Source: a bacterium (lineage in GTDB: Bacteria; Bacteroidota; Ignavibacteria; UBA10030). Taken from it: a stretch of 55,910 nucleotides of DNA. Numbering within the stretch: position 1 is the first letter of the stretch; each line of letters begins with the position of its first letter. The stretch covers positions 1 through 55,910 of the forward strand of contig JAZDJN010000086.1 of assembly GCA_043803945.1 (NCBI GenBank), written 5' to 3'. The notes below the pieces were generated by a model, which was given only the letters and a program-made list of their open reading frames with translations, did not search any database and had not been told where the DNA came from. Shown here piece by piece: positions 10,656 to 21,856 of the stretch. The position numbers were made by a program, and so were the translations under genes.

Positions 10656-12569
10656 ATGCCACACGAGCGACTGAAACCAACTTTGACACTTGATTTAGAG
10701 AGGATCGAAGAACTCAAGCGCATCCTGCCTGAAGGGTTTGCAGATGGGAAGATCAATTGGGAAACGATGAAACAGGCACTTGGCGAACACCTTGAAGACG
10801 AAGGCGCCGATGCCGAGCACTTCGGCCTCTTCTGGCCCGGCAAGCGTGAAGCCCGTCGGATGGCGGCGATACCGAGCAAGGGCACACTCGCGCCTGTTCC
10901 GGGTGAGGGAATTGACGAAGAGACAACCCGCAACATCTTCATCGAAGGCGAAAACCTTGAAGTGCTCAAGCTTCTCCAGAAGAGCTACGCTGGCAAGATT
11001 AAGATGATTTATATTGATCCCCCCTACAATACGGGTAATGACTTTGTATATGAAGACGACTTCCGTGAGCCGTTGGAAGAATACTTGCGAAGAACGGACC
11101 AAGTTGATGAAGAAGGCAAACCGTGGACAACAAACACCCGTGCTGAGGGTCGTTATCATTCCAAATGGTTAAGCATGATGTTCACACGCTTGAAGTTAGC
11201 AAGAAACCTTTTAAAAGGTGATGGAGTGATAGTTGTTAGTATTGATAATAATGAATTGCACAACCTTCGTGAGATGATGAACGAAGTTTTTGGAGAAGAA
11301 AATTTCGTCGGACTTATCGTTGTCCAAAGTAATCCAAGAGGAAGACAGTCTGAACGCTTCCTTGCAACCGTACATGAGTATTTGATCCTTTATGCCAAGG
11401 ATATCGATTGGTGTAAAATCGCTGGAGCTGCGTTGTCCGAGAAACAACTTTCAGACTTCAAATACGATGACGGCGACAGGAAAAAGTATAGACTTCTTGG
11501 GCTCAGACAACGTGGTTCTGCTTCAAGGAGACAAGATAGACCAAAAATGTATTATCCAATCTATGTAGATCCCAAAACCGCCACTGTCTCTCTTGAAAAA
11601 ACTTCAAATCATAAGATTGAAGTATTACCTAAGAAGTCCTCGGGAGAAGAAGGAAGATGGATGTGGTCAAAAGAAAAAGTACAAAAAAATTTGTCTATTG
11701 TCGTTAGCCGGTTGATAAGTGGAAGGGATGAATGGGACATCTTTATTAAGGATTTCCTCCATACTGAGGAGGGTGAGCAAAGAACCAGAAAATTCAAAAC
11801 CATTTGGGATGAAAAAGAGCTAAACTATCAAAATGGCACTCAAGAAGTTAAAGAACTTCTAGGCCCGAATGTAATGGAGTTTCCCAAACCAACCTCTTTG
11901 TTAAGAAAAATTATCTCGTTGGCTGATGCACCGGATGAAATATACTTGGATTTCTTTGCGGGATCTGGAACGACTGGGCATGCGTTGTTTCAGACTAATT
12001 TGGCTGATGAAGGAAATCGTAAGTTCATCCTTATTCAGCTAGATGAACCCTGCAAACAGGATTCTGCCGCCTACAAAGCTGGTTACAAAACAATAGCAGA
12101 TATTTGTAAGCAGAGAATCAAGAAGGCAGCAAAAGAGCTCAAAAAAAACAACACAAATTCTGATTTGGGCATCAAAGTCTTCAAACTCGCTAAATCTAAT
12201 TACAAAATATGGCAAGACTACGACGGCGCCAACCTACCTGAACTCGAATCCAAGCTCGACCTCTTTGAGACACCACTCGCCGAAGACTGGAAGCCTGAGA
12301 ATCTTCTCACAGAAATCCTACTCCTTGAAGGCTTCCCACTCGACAGTAAGATCGAGAAACTGAATGACCACAAAAAGAACGCCGTGAATCACGTCAGCTC
12401 CGACTTCTGTGAGCACAAGCTCCTCGTCTGTCTTGATGCAAAAATCGGCCAAGAGACTATCAATGCCTTGAAATTTGAAGAGGATGACATCTTTGTTTGC
12501 TTGGATAGCGCACTCACAGACCAGGATAAGATGCGACTGGCAGATGTGTGTAAATTGAAAACTATATAA
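10656..12569 (+). CDS. mod: type III restriction-modification methyltransferase subunit (N6-adenine)
   Basis: IEGENLEVLKLL, IYIDPPYNTG, FPKP, DFFAGSGTT; upstream of Res. Confidence 0.95.
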   Translation: MPHERLKPTLTLDLERIEELKRILPEGFADGKINWETMKQALGEHLEDEGADAEHFGLFWPGKREARRMAAIPSKGTLAPVPGEGIDEETTRNIFIEGENLEVLKLLQKSYAGKIKMIYIDPPYNTGNDFVYEDDFREPLEEYLRRTDQVDEEGKPWTTNTRAEGRYHSKWLSMMFTRLKLARNLLKGDGVIVVSIDNNELHNLREMMNEVFGEENFVGLIVVQSNPRGRQSERFLATVHEYLILYAKDIDWCKIAGAALSEKQLSDFKYDDGDRKKYRLLGLRQRGSASRRQDRPKMYYPIYVDPKTATVSLEKTSNHKIEVLPKKSSGEEGRWMWSKEKVQKNLSIVVSRLISGRDEWDIFIKDFLHTEEGEQRTRKFKTIWDEKELNYQNGTQEVKELLGPNVMEFPKPTSLLRKIISLADAPDEIYLDFFAGSGTTGHALFQTNLADEGNRKFILIQLDEPCKQDSAAYKAGYKTIADICKQRIKKAAKELKKNNTNSDLGIKVFKLAKSNYKIWQDYDGANLPELESKLDLFETPLAEDWKPENLLTEILLLEGFPLDSKIEKLNDHKKNAVNHVSSDFCEHKLLVCLDAKIGQETINALKFEEDDIFVCLDSALTDQDKMRLADVCKLKTI

Positions 12570-12612
12570 AAAGATTTCCCGGTGATTTCTGTTCTGAATT
12601 GAATCCTGAAGA

Positions 12613-12774
12613 GTGGAAGAACTTGAGAAGAAATACGACAAGCAGTTTGCCCTCGTGTTTGAGGCTATTCGACAGTTTATGACGCCCCCCGAGATGCCAT
12701 CAAAACGCTATATTGGATTTGGAGCGGAAGAACCCAAAGGATCGTATTTTACAAGAAAAGGGAGGGGGTATTAG
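12613..12774 (+). pseudogene. orphan C-terminal fragment of an ORF6N-type protein
   Basis: Reads [36 protein letters not shown], paralogous to [35 protein letters not shown] in the next gene. Confidence 0.75.
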
Positions 12775-12775
12775 T

Positions 12776-13324
12776 TTGACTGCCATAATTCCCGCTGAGA
12801 CTATCGAAAAACGTATACTTCTCATTCGTGGACAGAAAGTGATGCTTGATCGCGATTTGGCTGAATTGTACTGTGTAACGACGAAACGTCTGAAGGAACA
12901 AGTTCGCCGTAATCGCAAGCGTTTCCCGCCGGATTTTATGTTGGAACTGACCGATGAAGAGTTTGCTGTTTTGAGGCCGCATTTTGCGACCTCAAAAAAA
13001 ACTCGCGGCGGCACAAGATACACACCGTATGCGTTTACTGAACAAGGGGTTGCGATGCTCTCATCCGTGCTCCATAGCGATCGTGCTGTGCAGGTAAACA
13101 TTGAGATTATGCGTGCATTCGTGAGAATTCGAGAGCTTCTTTCTACACATAAGGATTTTGCAGGAAAGCTTGAACAATTAGAAAAGAAATATGATGCTCA
13201 ATTTAAAGTTGTGTTTGAAGCCATCCGCCAATTGATGATACCACCCGAAAAATCCAAACGAGAAATCGGTTTTCGAGTCAAAGAATCGAAGGCACCATAT
13301 CGAGCGAAACGCAGGAAATCATGA
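12776..13324 (+). CDS. ORF6N (KilA-N-like) DNA-binding domain protein
   Basis: [43 protein letters not shown]; likely TTG start at 12776 after GGAGG (ORF track start 12713). Confidence 0.9.
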   Translation: MTAIIPAETIEKRILLIRGQKVMLDRDLAELYCVTTKRLKEQVRRNRKRFPPDFMLELTDEEFAVLRPHFATSKKTRGGTRYTPYAFTEQGVAMLSSVLHSDRAVQVNIEIMRAFVRIRELLSTHKDFAGKLEQLEKKYDAQFKVVFEAIRQLMIPPEKSKREIGFRVKESKAPYRAKRRKS

Positions 13325-16266
13325 GCAAGCCAATACATCTCAAATTTGAAGACAATCAGGAGCACCAGCTTCTTGCTATCGAGAGTACGATCAGACTCTT
13401 TAATGGATTACCGCAAAGCGAGACTGCTTTCGCCCTTGGCGATGAAATCGTACCCAACCTCCCGCCAGAAACTGTACTGGATGATAACTGGCTTCTGGCG
13501 AATCTCAATTCCGTACGTGAGAAGAACGGCTTCGAACATCAACTCTCGCTCGATGTTGAGGATGACTTTGAGCTTGATGGTATCAGCAACGATTCATGGC
13601 GATATCCAAGCTTCACGCTGGAGATGGAAACCGGTACAGGGAAGACATACGTCTATCTTCGCACCATCTTCGAATTGAAGAAGCGCTACGGCTTCAGGAA
13701 ATTCATTGTCGTTGTGCCGAGTATTGCCATCTATGAGGGAGTGATCAAAAACTTTACAATCACCCGCTCTCATTTCCGAACACTGTATGGCAATGAGCCG
13801 CTTCACCTCACACCGTATGACGGCCAACAGTTGAGTAAGCTGAGGAATTTTGCCTCTTCGACATTCACAGAGATCTTGGTCATCACATTGGATTCGTTCA
13901 ACAAAAGGACCAACTTGATCTACAAAGCATCGGAAAAGCTACCAGGTGAGCGGAAACCATTCGAGTATATTCAGGAAACCCGCCCGATCATGATTCTGGA
14001 TGAACCTCAGAATATGGAGAGTTCGCTTGCACGATCGGCCTTGCGTACCCTGCATCCACTTCTTGCGTTTCGTTACAGTGCCACACATCGCACAAGTCCC
14101 AATCTTATCTATCGGCTTACGCCGGTGGAGGCTCTTAAGAGAAACCTTGTGAAGCGTATCCAGGTATTCGGTGTGAAAGAAGAATTCAATTACGGTCAAA
14201 CGTCACTCGCACTTGAGTCGCTCGCGAGTTATGGGTTGAGTGCAAAGATACGGACGTTGATCAATGATAAAGGTGTTACCAAAGAAGCCATTCTCGAAGT
14301 GAAAAAAGGCGATGATCTATACCAGAAGACGAAAATGGATGCGTTACGTAATGCCGGTTTCATTATAGAGGAAATCGATCGAAAGCTTGGCATTGTCATT
14401 TTCCAGAACCAGCGGAAGCTCTCCATCAGTGATTCAACAGTGATGTCAAAGGAGGAAGTGTTCAAAACCCAGATTGAAGAGACTGTTGAACGTCACCTCC
14501 AGGCTCAAGAATTCTTCAAGCCCAAAAATATCAAGGTGCTGTCGCTTTTCTTTATCGACAAGGTAGCAAACTACACGGAGGATAAAGGAATCGTACGTCT
14601 ATTGTTTGATAAGACATTTGAGCGGATGAAGAGGCGATCCGACCTGTTTAAGGATTTCAAAGCCGGAGAGGTTCGCAGTGCGTACTTCGCCAAGAAAAAA
14701 ACCCGACAAGGACAAGAGGAAGCGATCGACACATCTGGAAGGAACGAAGAAGAACGCAAAGCTGAGAAGGAAGCGTTCAAGCTCATCATGAGAGACAAGG
14801 AGCGTCTGCTTTCTTTTGATGAGAAAGTGTCGTTCATCTTTGCACATTCAGCGTTGGGTGAAGGCTGGGACAATCCCAACGTTTTCCAGATCTGTACGCT
14901 TCGAGAAACAAGATCAGAGTTACGAAAACGGCAGGAGATAGGACGTGGGCTGCGTCTATGTGTAAACCAGGATGGTCTGCGACTTAACGATGAGGATATA
15001 AACATCCTAACGGTAGTTGCTAATGATAGCTATGAGTCTTACGTGCGGGCTTTGCAGATAGAGTATACTGAGGATGGCGAAATGGCGCCCCCTCCACCTA
15101 CGAATGCGCGGAAGGAGAAAGCGAAGCGGAACGAGAAGGTATTCCGGAGTCGGGACTTCAAGGAATTCTGGAAAAAGCTTTCAACGCGAACACGATATGT
15201 TATCAACCTCAACACGGATGAGTTGGTTGAGAAGAGTATTGCTACTCTGAAGGCAACAACGTTCCCTGAACCGCAGATCGTTGTCACAAAGGGTAAGTTC
15301 GTCATTACTCAATACACATTGGAGCTTGAGTTAGCAGCGAACGGTACAGCCCGCATCAAAGTGACGATCACAGATACAGCGGGGAGAACGGATTCGGGTG
15401 TGAGACCTTACAGTCTTAGGTCTGATTTTCAGAGGATTCTTCATGATGAGGCCTTGAAAGGGTATCGCATTCTATCAATCAAAGAAGATGGGATTGACTC
15501 AGAGGTCGAGTTCGATAATGGACAGGTGCTTACCAAGTTTAATCCGCTTCGATTTGATAGTCAGGCCGGTCAGAAGATTGTCTCATCGGTTGCAACAGTA
15601 GTTGAATCAACGTTCCCTGTCTTCAACTTTGTAGATAGAGTTGCTCATGAGACCGGTTTGTCACGTCCAACGGTGAATAAAATCTTCAAGGGAATGCCGC
15701 AGGCGAAGAGGGAACTCATTTTCAAAAACCCTGAAAGCTTCACGAACACATTTCTCTCAAAGGTGAAAGAGGTACTTGCCGACCACATTGCATCAAAGAT
15801 CGAGTACGTGATGGAGGATGCGATCATTGGGTATGATCTTGAAGCTCTCTTCCCACCTGAGAAGAAGTATCCACAAAAGGAAGTCATTCCAGGCAATCAA
15901 CGCTCTATCTACGATCAAGTGCAATACGATTCCGAGGTTGAACTAAAATTTGTTCAAAATAGGTTGCAGCATGAAGACGAGGTCATTCTGTATTTTAAAT
16001 TCCCTGGGAATTTCAAGATCGGAATTCCGAAGATCATCGGGAACTACATACCGGACTGGGGCGTAGTCCGCTGGACTCCGGATAAGCAGATAAAACTCCA
16101 TCTCATCCGAGAGACAAAGGGATCACTCGATCCAAACCTGCTACAATACCCACAGGAGAAGAGAAAGATTGCATGCGCTACGAAGCACTTCAAAGCCCTC
16201 GGAGTTGACTATAGGCAGATCACTGAAGATATTCCCTTTTGGTGGAAAGGAGGAACTGAAACGTGA
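13321..16266 (+). CDS. res: type III restriction endonuclease subunit (SF2 helicase + nuclease)
   Basis: [39 protein letters not shown]-terminal YIPDW..RETKG. Confidence 0.95.
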   Translation: MSKPIHLKFEDNQEHQLLAIESTIRLFNGLPQSETAFALGDEIVPNLPPETVLDDNWLLANLNSVREKNGFEHQLSLDVEDDFELDGISNDSWRYPSFTLEMETGTGKTYVYLRTIFELKKRYGFRKFIVVVPSIAIYEGVIKNFTITRSHFRTLYGNEPLHLTPYDGQQLSKLRNFASSTFTEILVITLDSFNKRTNLIYKASEKLPGERKPFEYIQETRPIMILDEPQNMESSLARSALRTLHPLLAFRYSATHRTSPNLIYRLTPVEALKRNLVKRIQVFGVKEEFNYGQTSLALESLASYGLSAKIRTLINDKGVTKEAILEVKKGDDLYQKTKMDALRNAGFIIEEIDRKLGIVIFQNQRKLSISDSTVMSKEEVFKTQIEETVERHLQAQEFFKPKNIKVLSLFFIDKVANYTEDKGIVRLLFDKTFERMKRRSDLFKDFKAGEVRSAYFAKKKTRQGQEEAIDTSGRNEEERKAEKEAFKLIMRDKERLLSFDEKVSFIFAHSALGEGWDNPNVFQICTLRETRSELRKRQEIGRGLRLCVNQDGLRLNDEDINILTVVANDSYESYVRALQIEYTEDGEMAPPPPTNARKEKAKRNEKVFRSRDFKEFWKKLSTRTRYVINLNTDELVEKSIATLKATTFPEPQIVVTKGKFVITQYTLELELAANGTARIKVTITDTAGRTDSGVRPYSLRSDFQRILHDEALKGYRILSIKEDGIDSEVEFDNGQVLTKFNPLRFDSQAGQKIVSSVATVVESTFPVFNFVDRVAHETGLSRPTVNKIFKGMPQAKRELIFKNPESFTNTFLSKVKEVLADHIASKIEYVMEDAIIGYDLEALFPPEKKYPQKEVIPGNQRSIYDQVQYDSEVELKFVQNRLQHEDEVILYFKFPGNFKIGIPKIIGNYIPDWGVVRWTPDKQIKLHLIRETKGSLDPNLLQYPQEKRKIACATKHFKALGVDYRQITEDIPFWWKGGTET

Positions 16267-16916
16267 AAACGACACCCCTATCAAGCCGGAAAGGACTCAA
16301 CTACGATCGGGACCAAGACCTCATAGCAATGTATAACTATCCCAGGCAGGTGCAGAAGGCAATTCAGGAGATTCAGGGTATTGCCGGAATGATTGTGTAC
16401 GATGGTGTAGTAAATGAAGAAGAAATATCATTCCTCAGTCAGTGGTTGAAAACGCATACTCAGCTTGCGACAAGCTATCCTCTTGCAGATCTGAAAAGTC
16501 TTTTCGAGGAGATTACAAAGGACGGGGTGGTATCCCCTGAAGAACGCAAGCAACTTTTTGACTTTCTGAAGAACATTGCATCTGGAACAAAAAGCAGCCC
16601 AGTTGTAGAAGGGATTTTTGCTGCCAAGCCTCGTATCACATTTAAGACTCGTCAGTTTCTTTTCACAGGAGAAATGGAGTTCGGATCTCGTGAAAAGGCT
16701 GTAGACGCGGTTGAGGTGCGAGGTGGTATTATCTGCAATAGCTGTACACAGAAAACGCATTACCTCATTGTTGGTAACCTTGGAAGCGATGCCTACAAGT
16801 ACGGACGTTTTGGTACTAAGATCGAGAAGGCGTTAACTCTTCAGAAGCAGAAGAAATCGGAGATCCAAATCGTCCATGAACACGACTTTGTGGTGGCAGT
16901 GATGAAGCAAGCATAG
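16263..16916 (+). CDS. BRCT-domain protein with helical (TerB-like) N-terminus
   Basis: FLFTG..SRE..RGG..THYLIVG..GTKIEKA BRCT pattern; N-terminal DGVVNEEE / DGVVSPEE repeats; GTGA overlap with res. Confidence 0.8.
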   Translation: MKTTPLSSRKGLNYDRDQDLIAMYNYPRQVQKAIQEIQGIAGMIVYDGVVNEEEISFLSQWLKTHTQLATSYPLADLKSLFEEITKDGVVSPEERKQLFDFLKNIASGTKSSPVVEGIFAAKPRITFKTRQFLFTGEMEFGSREKAVDAVEVRGGIICNSCTQKTHYLIVGNLGSDAYKYGRFGTKIEKALTLQKQKKSEIQIVHEHDFVVAVMKQA

Positions 16917-17189
16917 CTGATGACGGATATATTTGTAACAGAAGAATAAATAAGGATATCATAGTCCTTTGCGATGATATGACAATTAGAGAAAATGAAT
17001 GTGGAAGTAAAAAGCTAATCCCATCTCCAGCTTCGAATCCCCCCAATGATGAAGTGTGAAAGAAGTGCGTCAAGAATCCTTGGGAGAAATAGACTGGAAG
17101 CACTGTCCCTTCTTCCTGTCATATAAGGAGTTATCTCAGTGAAAATCCAATCTCAACCAATTCTGAAGTCATCCATAATTTATTTCACC

Positions 17190-20100
17190 ATGCAATTGCA
17201 CAAACTCATTCTCCTCCTGACTTGCTGCCTGTATCTGGTAAATAACAGTATTGCAGCCACAAAGCATTTCTATGTCTCGCCAACCGGCAACGATCGATCT
17301 CCTGGAACTCTCGCGCAGCCTTTTCGAACAATCAGCCATGCCCGCGATGCTGTCCGAATATTCCGCACTCAACATTCCCAATTCAACGATACGGTCTGTG
17401 TCATTCTTCGCGGCGGCCGCTACTACTTACAAGAACCATTACTCTTCGATTATCAGGATGGTGGAACTCGTGAATCGCCAACGGTCTATACCTCGTACCC
17501 CGGTGAACATCCCGTCATCAGCGGCGGACAGCCGATCAAAGGATGGAAGGAAGGAACACTTCATGGCAAACGTGTACTGACAGCCGCTTTGCCACACAAT
17601 GAGAAGTCCCCATCGGTTGTGCGTCAGCTTTGGGTGAATGGGATTCGCCGAACGCCTGCACGCTATCCAAACATAGGATATCTACAAGTGGCCAATGCTC
17701 CAGACGCGACCGCAAAAACAGATTGGATGGATGGACAGAAAAGCTTTATCCCAAGGTCTGGTGACATTACCGCTTCGATGGATTTCCGCGGTGCCGAAGC
17801 TGTCGTGATGAACCGCTGGGTGGAATCACACCTGCCGGTCGATCACTACGATATCCAAAGTAACCTCCTCTCCTTCACCCGGCGATCGGTCTTCCGTTTA
17901 GAGAAAGGCGACCCGTTCTATCTGATCCACGTTCGGAGTGCTCTCGACACATGCGGGGAATGGTACCACGACATTGAGAAGGGAGTTCTCTACTATATCC
18001 CCACCGACACAGAAAAAAGTACATCAATCGATGCTGTGACTCCACTCCAAACACAGCTTCTGCGTGTGAGTGGAAATATAAAGGAAGGAAAATTTGTCGA
18101 CCATCTCATGTTCCGCAGCGTTGAGTTCAGCCATACCGAATGGCACTTTCCGCAAAACGAGACCGATTCCCGAAACAAGGATGCCGGAGGATTTGTCCAG
18201 GCTGCAACCGGTGTGCCTGCCGCCATTGAGTGGGAAGGCGTTCGCTTTAGTTCACTTGAACGTTGTACCCTCTCTCACCTTGGGACTTATGGAATCTCAC
18301 TGGGTGAGGGATGCCGGGAAAATCGAATTGCGGAATGTGAGATGTCCGATCTCGGCGCCGGCGGCATGAAGATCGGTATGAAAACGATTGCCACAGATTC
18401 GCTCACCCGAACATCGAACAATGTCGTTATCAACAACCACATACATCATGGAGGCCGGATCTTCCACAGTGCCATCGGTATCTGGGTCGGCCAAAGCCCG
18501 CAGAACCGCTTCATCCACAACCACATTCACGATTTCTATTATTCCGGTTTCTCCATCGGCTGGACGTGGGGCTACGGGCCGGCCGATGCTGCAGGCAATA
18601 TCGTCGAGATGAATCATGTGCATCACATCGGCGTGATGAGCGATGGCGACGGGCCAATCCTCAGCGATCTCGGAGGCATCTACACACTCGGCAATCACCG
18701 CGGCACCATCATCCGGAACAATGTTTTTCACGACATCTCTGCAAGAGTCTATGGCGGCTGGGGAATCTATTTCGATGAAGGGACCACCGGTCTGCTCGCT
18801 GAAAACAACATTGTCTATCGGACAATCCATGGCGGATTCCACCAGCACTACGGAAGAGAAAATATCGTACGAAATAACATCTTTGCGTTTGGGAAGGAAC
18901 AGCAAATTCAGCGTTCGCGGCCGGAAAATCATACCAGCTTCGCCTTTGAAAAAAACATCATCATCTGGCGTGAAGGAAAAGTAATCCAGGGGAATATGCG
19001 CGATGGCGACGCAGTGCTCGACAGAAATCTCTACTGGCCGTTGAAAGGAGAATTTCGTATCGACTCACTCAACTTCGAAGGGTGGCAGAAGTTCGGATAT
19101 GACAGGCACTCCAAAATCGCCGATCCCCTTTTTGTAAACCCTGAAACCGAAAACTTCAGTCTCAAGCAAGGGTCACCTGCCTTCGCTCTTGGTTTCAAAC
19201 CAATCGATGTGACGAATACTCTGAGCGGGATACCGATGAAAGAACCTGGAACGACAGAGAAAAAATCTGTCGGTCGTAATCGATTCCTCTATAATAATGA
19301 TGGTTCGAATATACTGATGGCTTATGACACGCTCACACCGAAGCGTGCCTACGAACGAATCGATCCGATTGCAAACACCGGAATCACAACATTCCTTCAC
19401 AATGTGAATCCCGGACAGAACATGGGATACGCCAGCAGTGCAGCACAGATGTATCACTGGGATCCTCCTCCGAATACGCCGAGAGAGGGTTGGGGCAAAC
19501 TTGGCTTGAACATGAGCAACAATCTGGCATGTCTTACAAGTGCCGGGATTGATCCTGTCGCTCTCGTTCTGGATCGCGCCAGACTTCGCGGCTTCGAAAC
19601 CATGGTAACGTTCAGGATGAACGAGTTGCATGACGTGGATAAACCGGACAGCCCACTGCTCGGTGCATTCTGGAAAGCTCACCCTGAATACAGAGTGGGC
19701 GGCTATGAGGGATGGGGCAAGGAAGCGTTGAATTATGCCATCCCTGCGGTGCGTGACTATTTCTTTGCAATTCTCAAAGAGGTGGCCGGTCGTTATAGTC
19801 TTGATGGCCTAGAGCTGGACTTCATGCGATTTCCCTACTACTTTCCATATCATGCCGACTCGATGAAGCACTATGCACGTGTGATGACTGGATTTGTAGA
19901 GCGCGTTCGCCGGATGACGGATAGCATTGGGTCTGTACGCGGGAAGAAAATTCTTCTGAGCGCACGTGTGCCTACATCTCTCAAAGGGTGTGCGCACCTC
20001 GGCGTAGATCCGGCCGAATGGTCGCGAAGAGGCCTCATCGATTTTCTTACTGTGGCACCGTTTCTTTCGACAGAGACGGATATTCCGGTCGCTGAGTTCA

Positions 20101-20720
20101 AAGCCGTGTGCGGAGACGTTCCGATCTACACGGGGATAGAATTTACAATCGGAGCCCGCCAGATGACTCGTGAAGAAAAGCGCGCTGCCGCAGCTCTTCT
20201 TTATAAGACTGGATCGGATGGTATATATCTCTTCAACTATTTTGTTGCATGGGATGCAGGATTGGAGGCCGATACAAAGGCGCTCCCCGAACTGACACAT
20301 CCCGATTCGCTCATTGGGAAAGATAAACTTTACACAATTGCGATTCCGCGTTATCCGGTACCGGGTGTGAGCCTCCCCGGACAACTTCCCCTGCAATTGA
20401 AAAAAGGAGATGAAAAAAAAGGAATGATTCGGACCCATGAACCTGTCCGTCCCAAGGCGCTTGTCATAAGGATCGAATGCGCGGATACGATCGCTGCAGG
20501 TGATCTCCGTTTACGATTGAATGGCAAAGAACTTCAGAATGGAGTGACTCCAGCGAGCGAGCAAATCTTTGCTGAGAAGATTTGGCCTTCATTGCCTGTC
20601 AGGGAGAAGACACTCGAGTTTACTGCTAATCCAGCGCTATTGAAAGAGGTAAACGATCTGACGATTCATGCCAATAAGGGGATTACAGTGGAATGGGTAT
20701 ATTTAGGAGTGCGGCATTGA
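17190..20720 (+). CDS. secreted right-handed beta-helix protein fused to a GH10-like (GHL10) TIM-barrel glycoside hydrolase domain
   Basis: Signal peptide; FYVSPTGND..PFRT, DLGGIYTLG, GIYFDEG beta-helix; second half FLYNNDG, FRMNE.HD, GLELDFMRFP, GIYLFNY; ATG 17190 preferred over GTG 17139. Confidence 0.8.
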   Translation: MQLHKLILLLTCCLYLVNNSIAATKHFYVSPTGNDRSPGTLAQPFRTISHARDAVRIFRTQHSQFNDTVCVILRGGRYYLQEPLLFDYQDGGTRESPTVYTSYPGEHPVISGGQPIKGWKEGTLHGKRVLTAALPHNEKSPSVVRQLWVNGIRRTPARYPNIGYLQVANAPDATAKTDWMDGQKSFIPRSGDITASMDFRGAEAVVMNRWVESHLPVDHYDIQSNLLSFTRRSVFRLEKGDPFYLIHVRSALDTCGEWYHDIEKGVLYYIPTDTEKSTSIDAVTPLQTQLLRVSGNIKEGKFVDHLMFRSVEFSHTEWHFPQNETDSRNKDAGGFVQAATGVPAAIEWEGVRFSSLERCTLSHLGTYGISLGEGCRENRIAECEMSDLGAGGMKIGMKTIATDSLTRTSNNVVINNHIHHGGRIFHSAIGIWVGQSPQNRFIHNHIHDFYYSGFSIGWTWGYGPADAAGNIVEMNHVHHIGVMSDGDGPILSDLGGIYTLGNHRGTIIRNNVFHDISARVYGGWGIYFDEGTTGLLAENNIVYRTIHGGFHQHYGRENIVRNNIFAFGKEQQIQRSRPENHTSFAFEKNIIIWREGKVIQGNMRDGDAVLDRNLYWPLKGEFRIDSLNFEGWQKFGYDRHSKIADPLFVNPETENFSLKQGSPAFALGFKPIDVTNTLSGIPMKEPGTTEKKSVGRNRFLYNNDGSNILMAYDTLTPKRAYERIDPIANTGITTFLHNVNPGQNMGYASSAAQMYHWDPPPNTPREGWGKLGLNMSNNLACLTSAGIDPVALVLDRARLRGFETMVTFRMNELHDVDKPDSPLLGAFWKAHPEYRVGGYEGWGKEALNYAIPAVRDYFFAILKEVAGRYSLDGLELDFMRFPYYFPYHADSMKHYARVMTGFVERVRRMTDSIGSVRGKKILLSARVPTSLKGCAHLGVDPAEWSRRGLIDFLTVAPFLSTETDIPVAEFKAVCGDVPIYTGIEFTIGARQMTREEKRAAAALLYKTGSDGIYLFNYFVAWDAGLEADTKALPELTHPDSLIGKDKLYTIAIPRYPVPGVSLPGQLPLQLKKGDEKKGMIRTHEPVRPKALVIRIECADTIAAGDLRLRLNGKELQNGVTPASEQIFAEKIWPSLPVREKTLEFTANPALLKEVNDLTIHANKGITVEWVYLGVRH

Positions 20721-20869
20721 TTTCCCTGTTGGCTCATCTGAAGAAACAGAAAGAGTCAAAGTCAATAACTTTATCAATGAGGATCTTGTAGTCGGAAATC
20801 TCAATTGGCAGGCTTGCTCCATTGCGGGCGAGGAAGAAGTTCGGGCAATAATTGGAGCTTTGGAATACT

Positions 20870-21298
20870 TTAAGAGCAAGAGGAAAGTTGCCGTGTCAGA
20901 GCATCGTTGATTCGCCGTATGCAACCTTGCGAATTCTTCACAAGATCATGTTCCCAAATGCGTACAACGCGCCAGCCTTGCTTACGCAATTCTTTGTTAA
21001 CAAATACATCACGCTTTTTGTTGGCATTGAGTTTCTTTCGCCAGAACAACCTGTTGTTTAATGGCATGTTTGAATGTTTTGGGCAGCAGTGCCAGAAACA
21101 TCCATCGACAAACACAGCAAGCCGTGATTCACGGAAAACAAAATCAGGTTTGCCAAGTAATTTCTCATGACGTCGCCAACCAGTCACGCCGTTTACCCGC
21201 AACAACTTAGCAAGGGCAAGCTCTGTTTCTTTGTTACCGTACGCGCGTATGTGTGACATAACTTCTGAGCGCTTCTTCTTGGTGAATACGTCGGACAT
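20870..21298 (-). CDS. vsr: very short patch repair endonuclease (second copy)
   Basis: DVFTKKKRSEVMSHI, GKPDFVF, FVDGCFWH, GWRVVRIWEH. Confidence 0.95.
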   Translation of the reverse strand: MSDVFTKKKRSEVMSHIRAYGNKETELALAKLLRVNGVTGWRRHEKLLGKPDFVFRESRLAVFVDGCFWHCCPKHSNMPLNNRLFWRKKLNANKKRDVFVNKELRKQGWRVVRIWEHDLVKNSQGCIRRINDALTRQLSSCS

Positions 21299-21303
21299 TT
21301 GAG

Positions 21304-21846
21304 CTAATGGGCTGGTCGTTTAGTTTTTGACAGGATTGTCTCGGAGAGAGGAAAGACCTGGGTTGCCTTGGAAAGAGTCTTCCCTGAACAACTCACATAC
21401 CAAGCGTTCATTCGTTTGTCCCACGACCTTATCTTAAGGAATTGCTGCCAAGAGAACTGATGGATTGACTGAAGAGTCCAGTCTTCATTAAGCCTTACGA
21501 TAAGTAGTTCTTCAAACAACTGCTTGTTCTTATCAGCGGGATCCGGATAGATAGTACCAGTCTTCCTGGCATTGCAGACGGTTTTGATGGAATACCTGTC
21601 ACCGCCTCGCGAAAGTGCATCTACATTCTTTGTCCCTTTCGGTGCTGCCTGTAATTTCGGAAGCCCAGGTGTATTACGGAAATGATTGATGACGAGTTTT
21701 TCTCCTACCTCCCCAACGGAGAATGCAATCCCTCGTCGCCTCATCTCTTTGTCAAGATTTGCGCGCAACAGAACCAGTTGATCGTCTGACAATGAACCCA
21801 GGTTGACCTTGCTAAGAGTTGATCGAGTACTCATTGGATTTGCCAA
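21304..21846 (-). CDS. small restriction-endonuclease-fold protein (DUF6998/PvuII-like)
   Basis: GEVGEKLV...NVDALSRGGDRYSIKT gives an E..D..(S)xK-type nuclease core. Confidence 0.6.
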   Translation of the reverse strand: MANPMSTRSTLSKVNLGSLSDDQLVLLRANLDKEMRRRGIAFSVGEVGEKLVINHFRNTPGLPKLQAAPKGTKNVDALSRGGDRYSIKTVCNARKTGTIYPDPADKNKQLFEELLIVRLNEDWTLQSIHQFSWQQFLKIRSWDKRMNAWYVSCSGKTLSKATQVFPLSETILSKTKRPAH

Positions 21847-21856
21847 TAGTAGACCT

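Noticed and set aside
17030-17048. TTCGAATCCCC tRNA T-loop-like motif after the type III operon
   Set aside because: Too short, with no stem, cloverleaf or second copy
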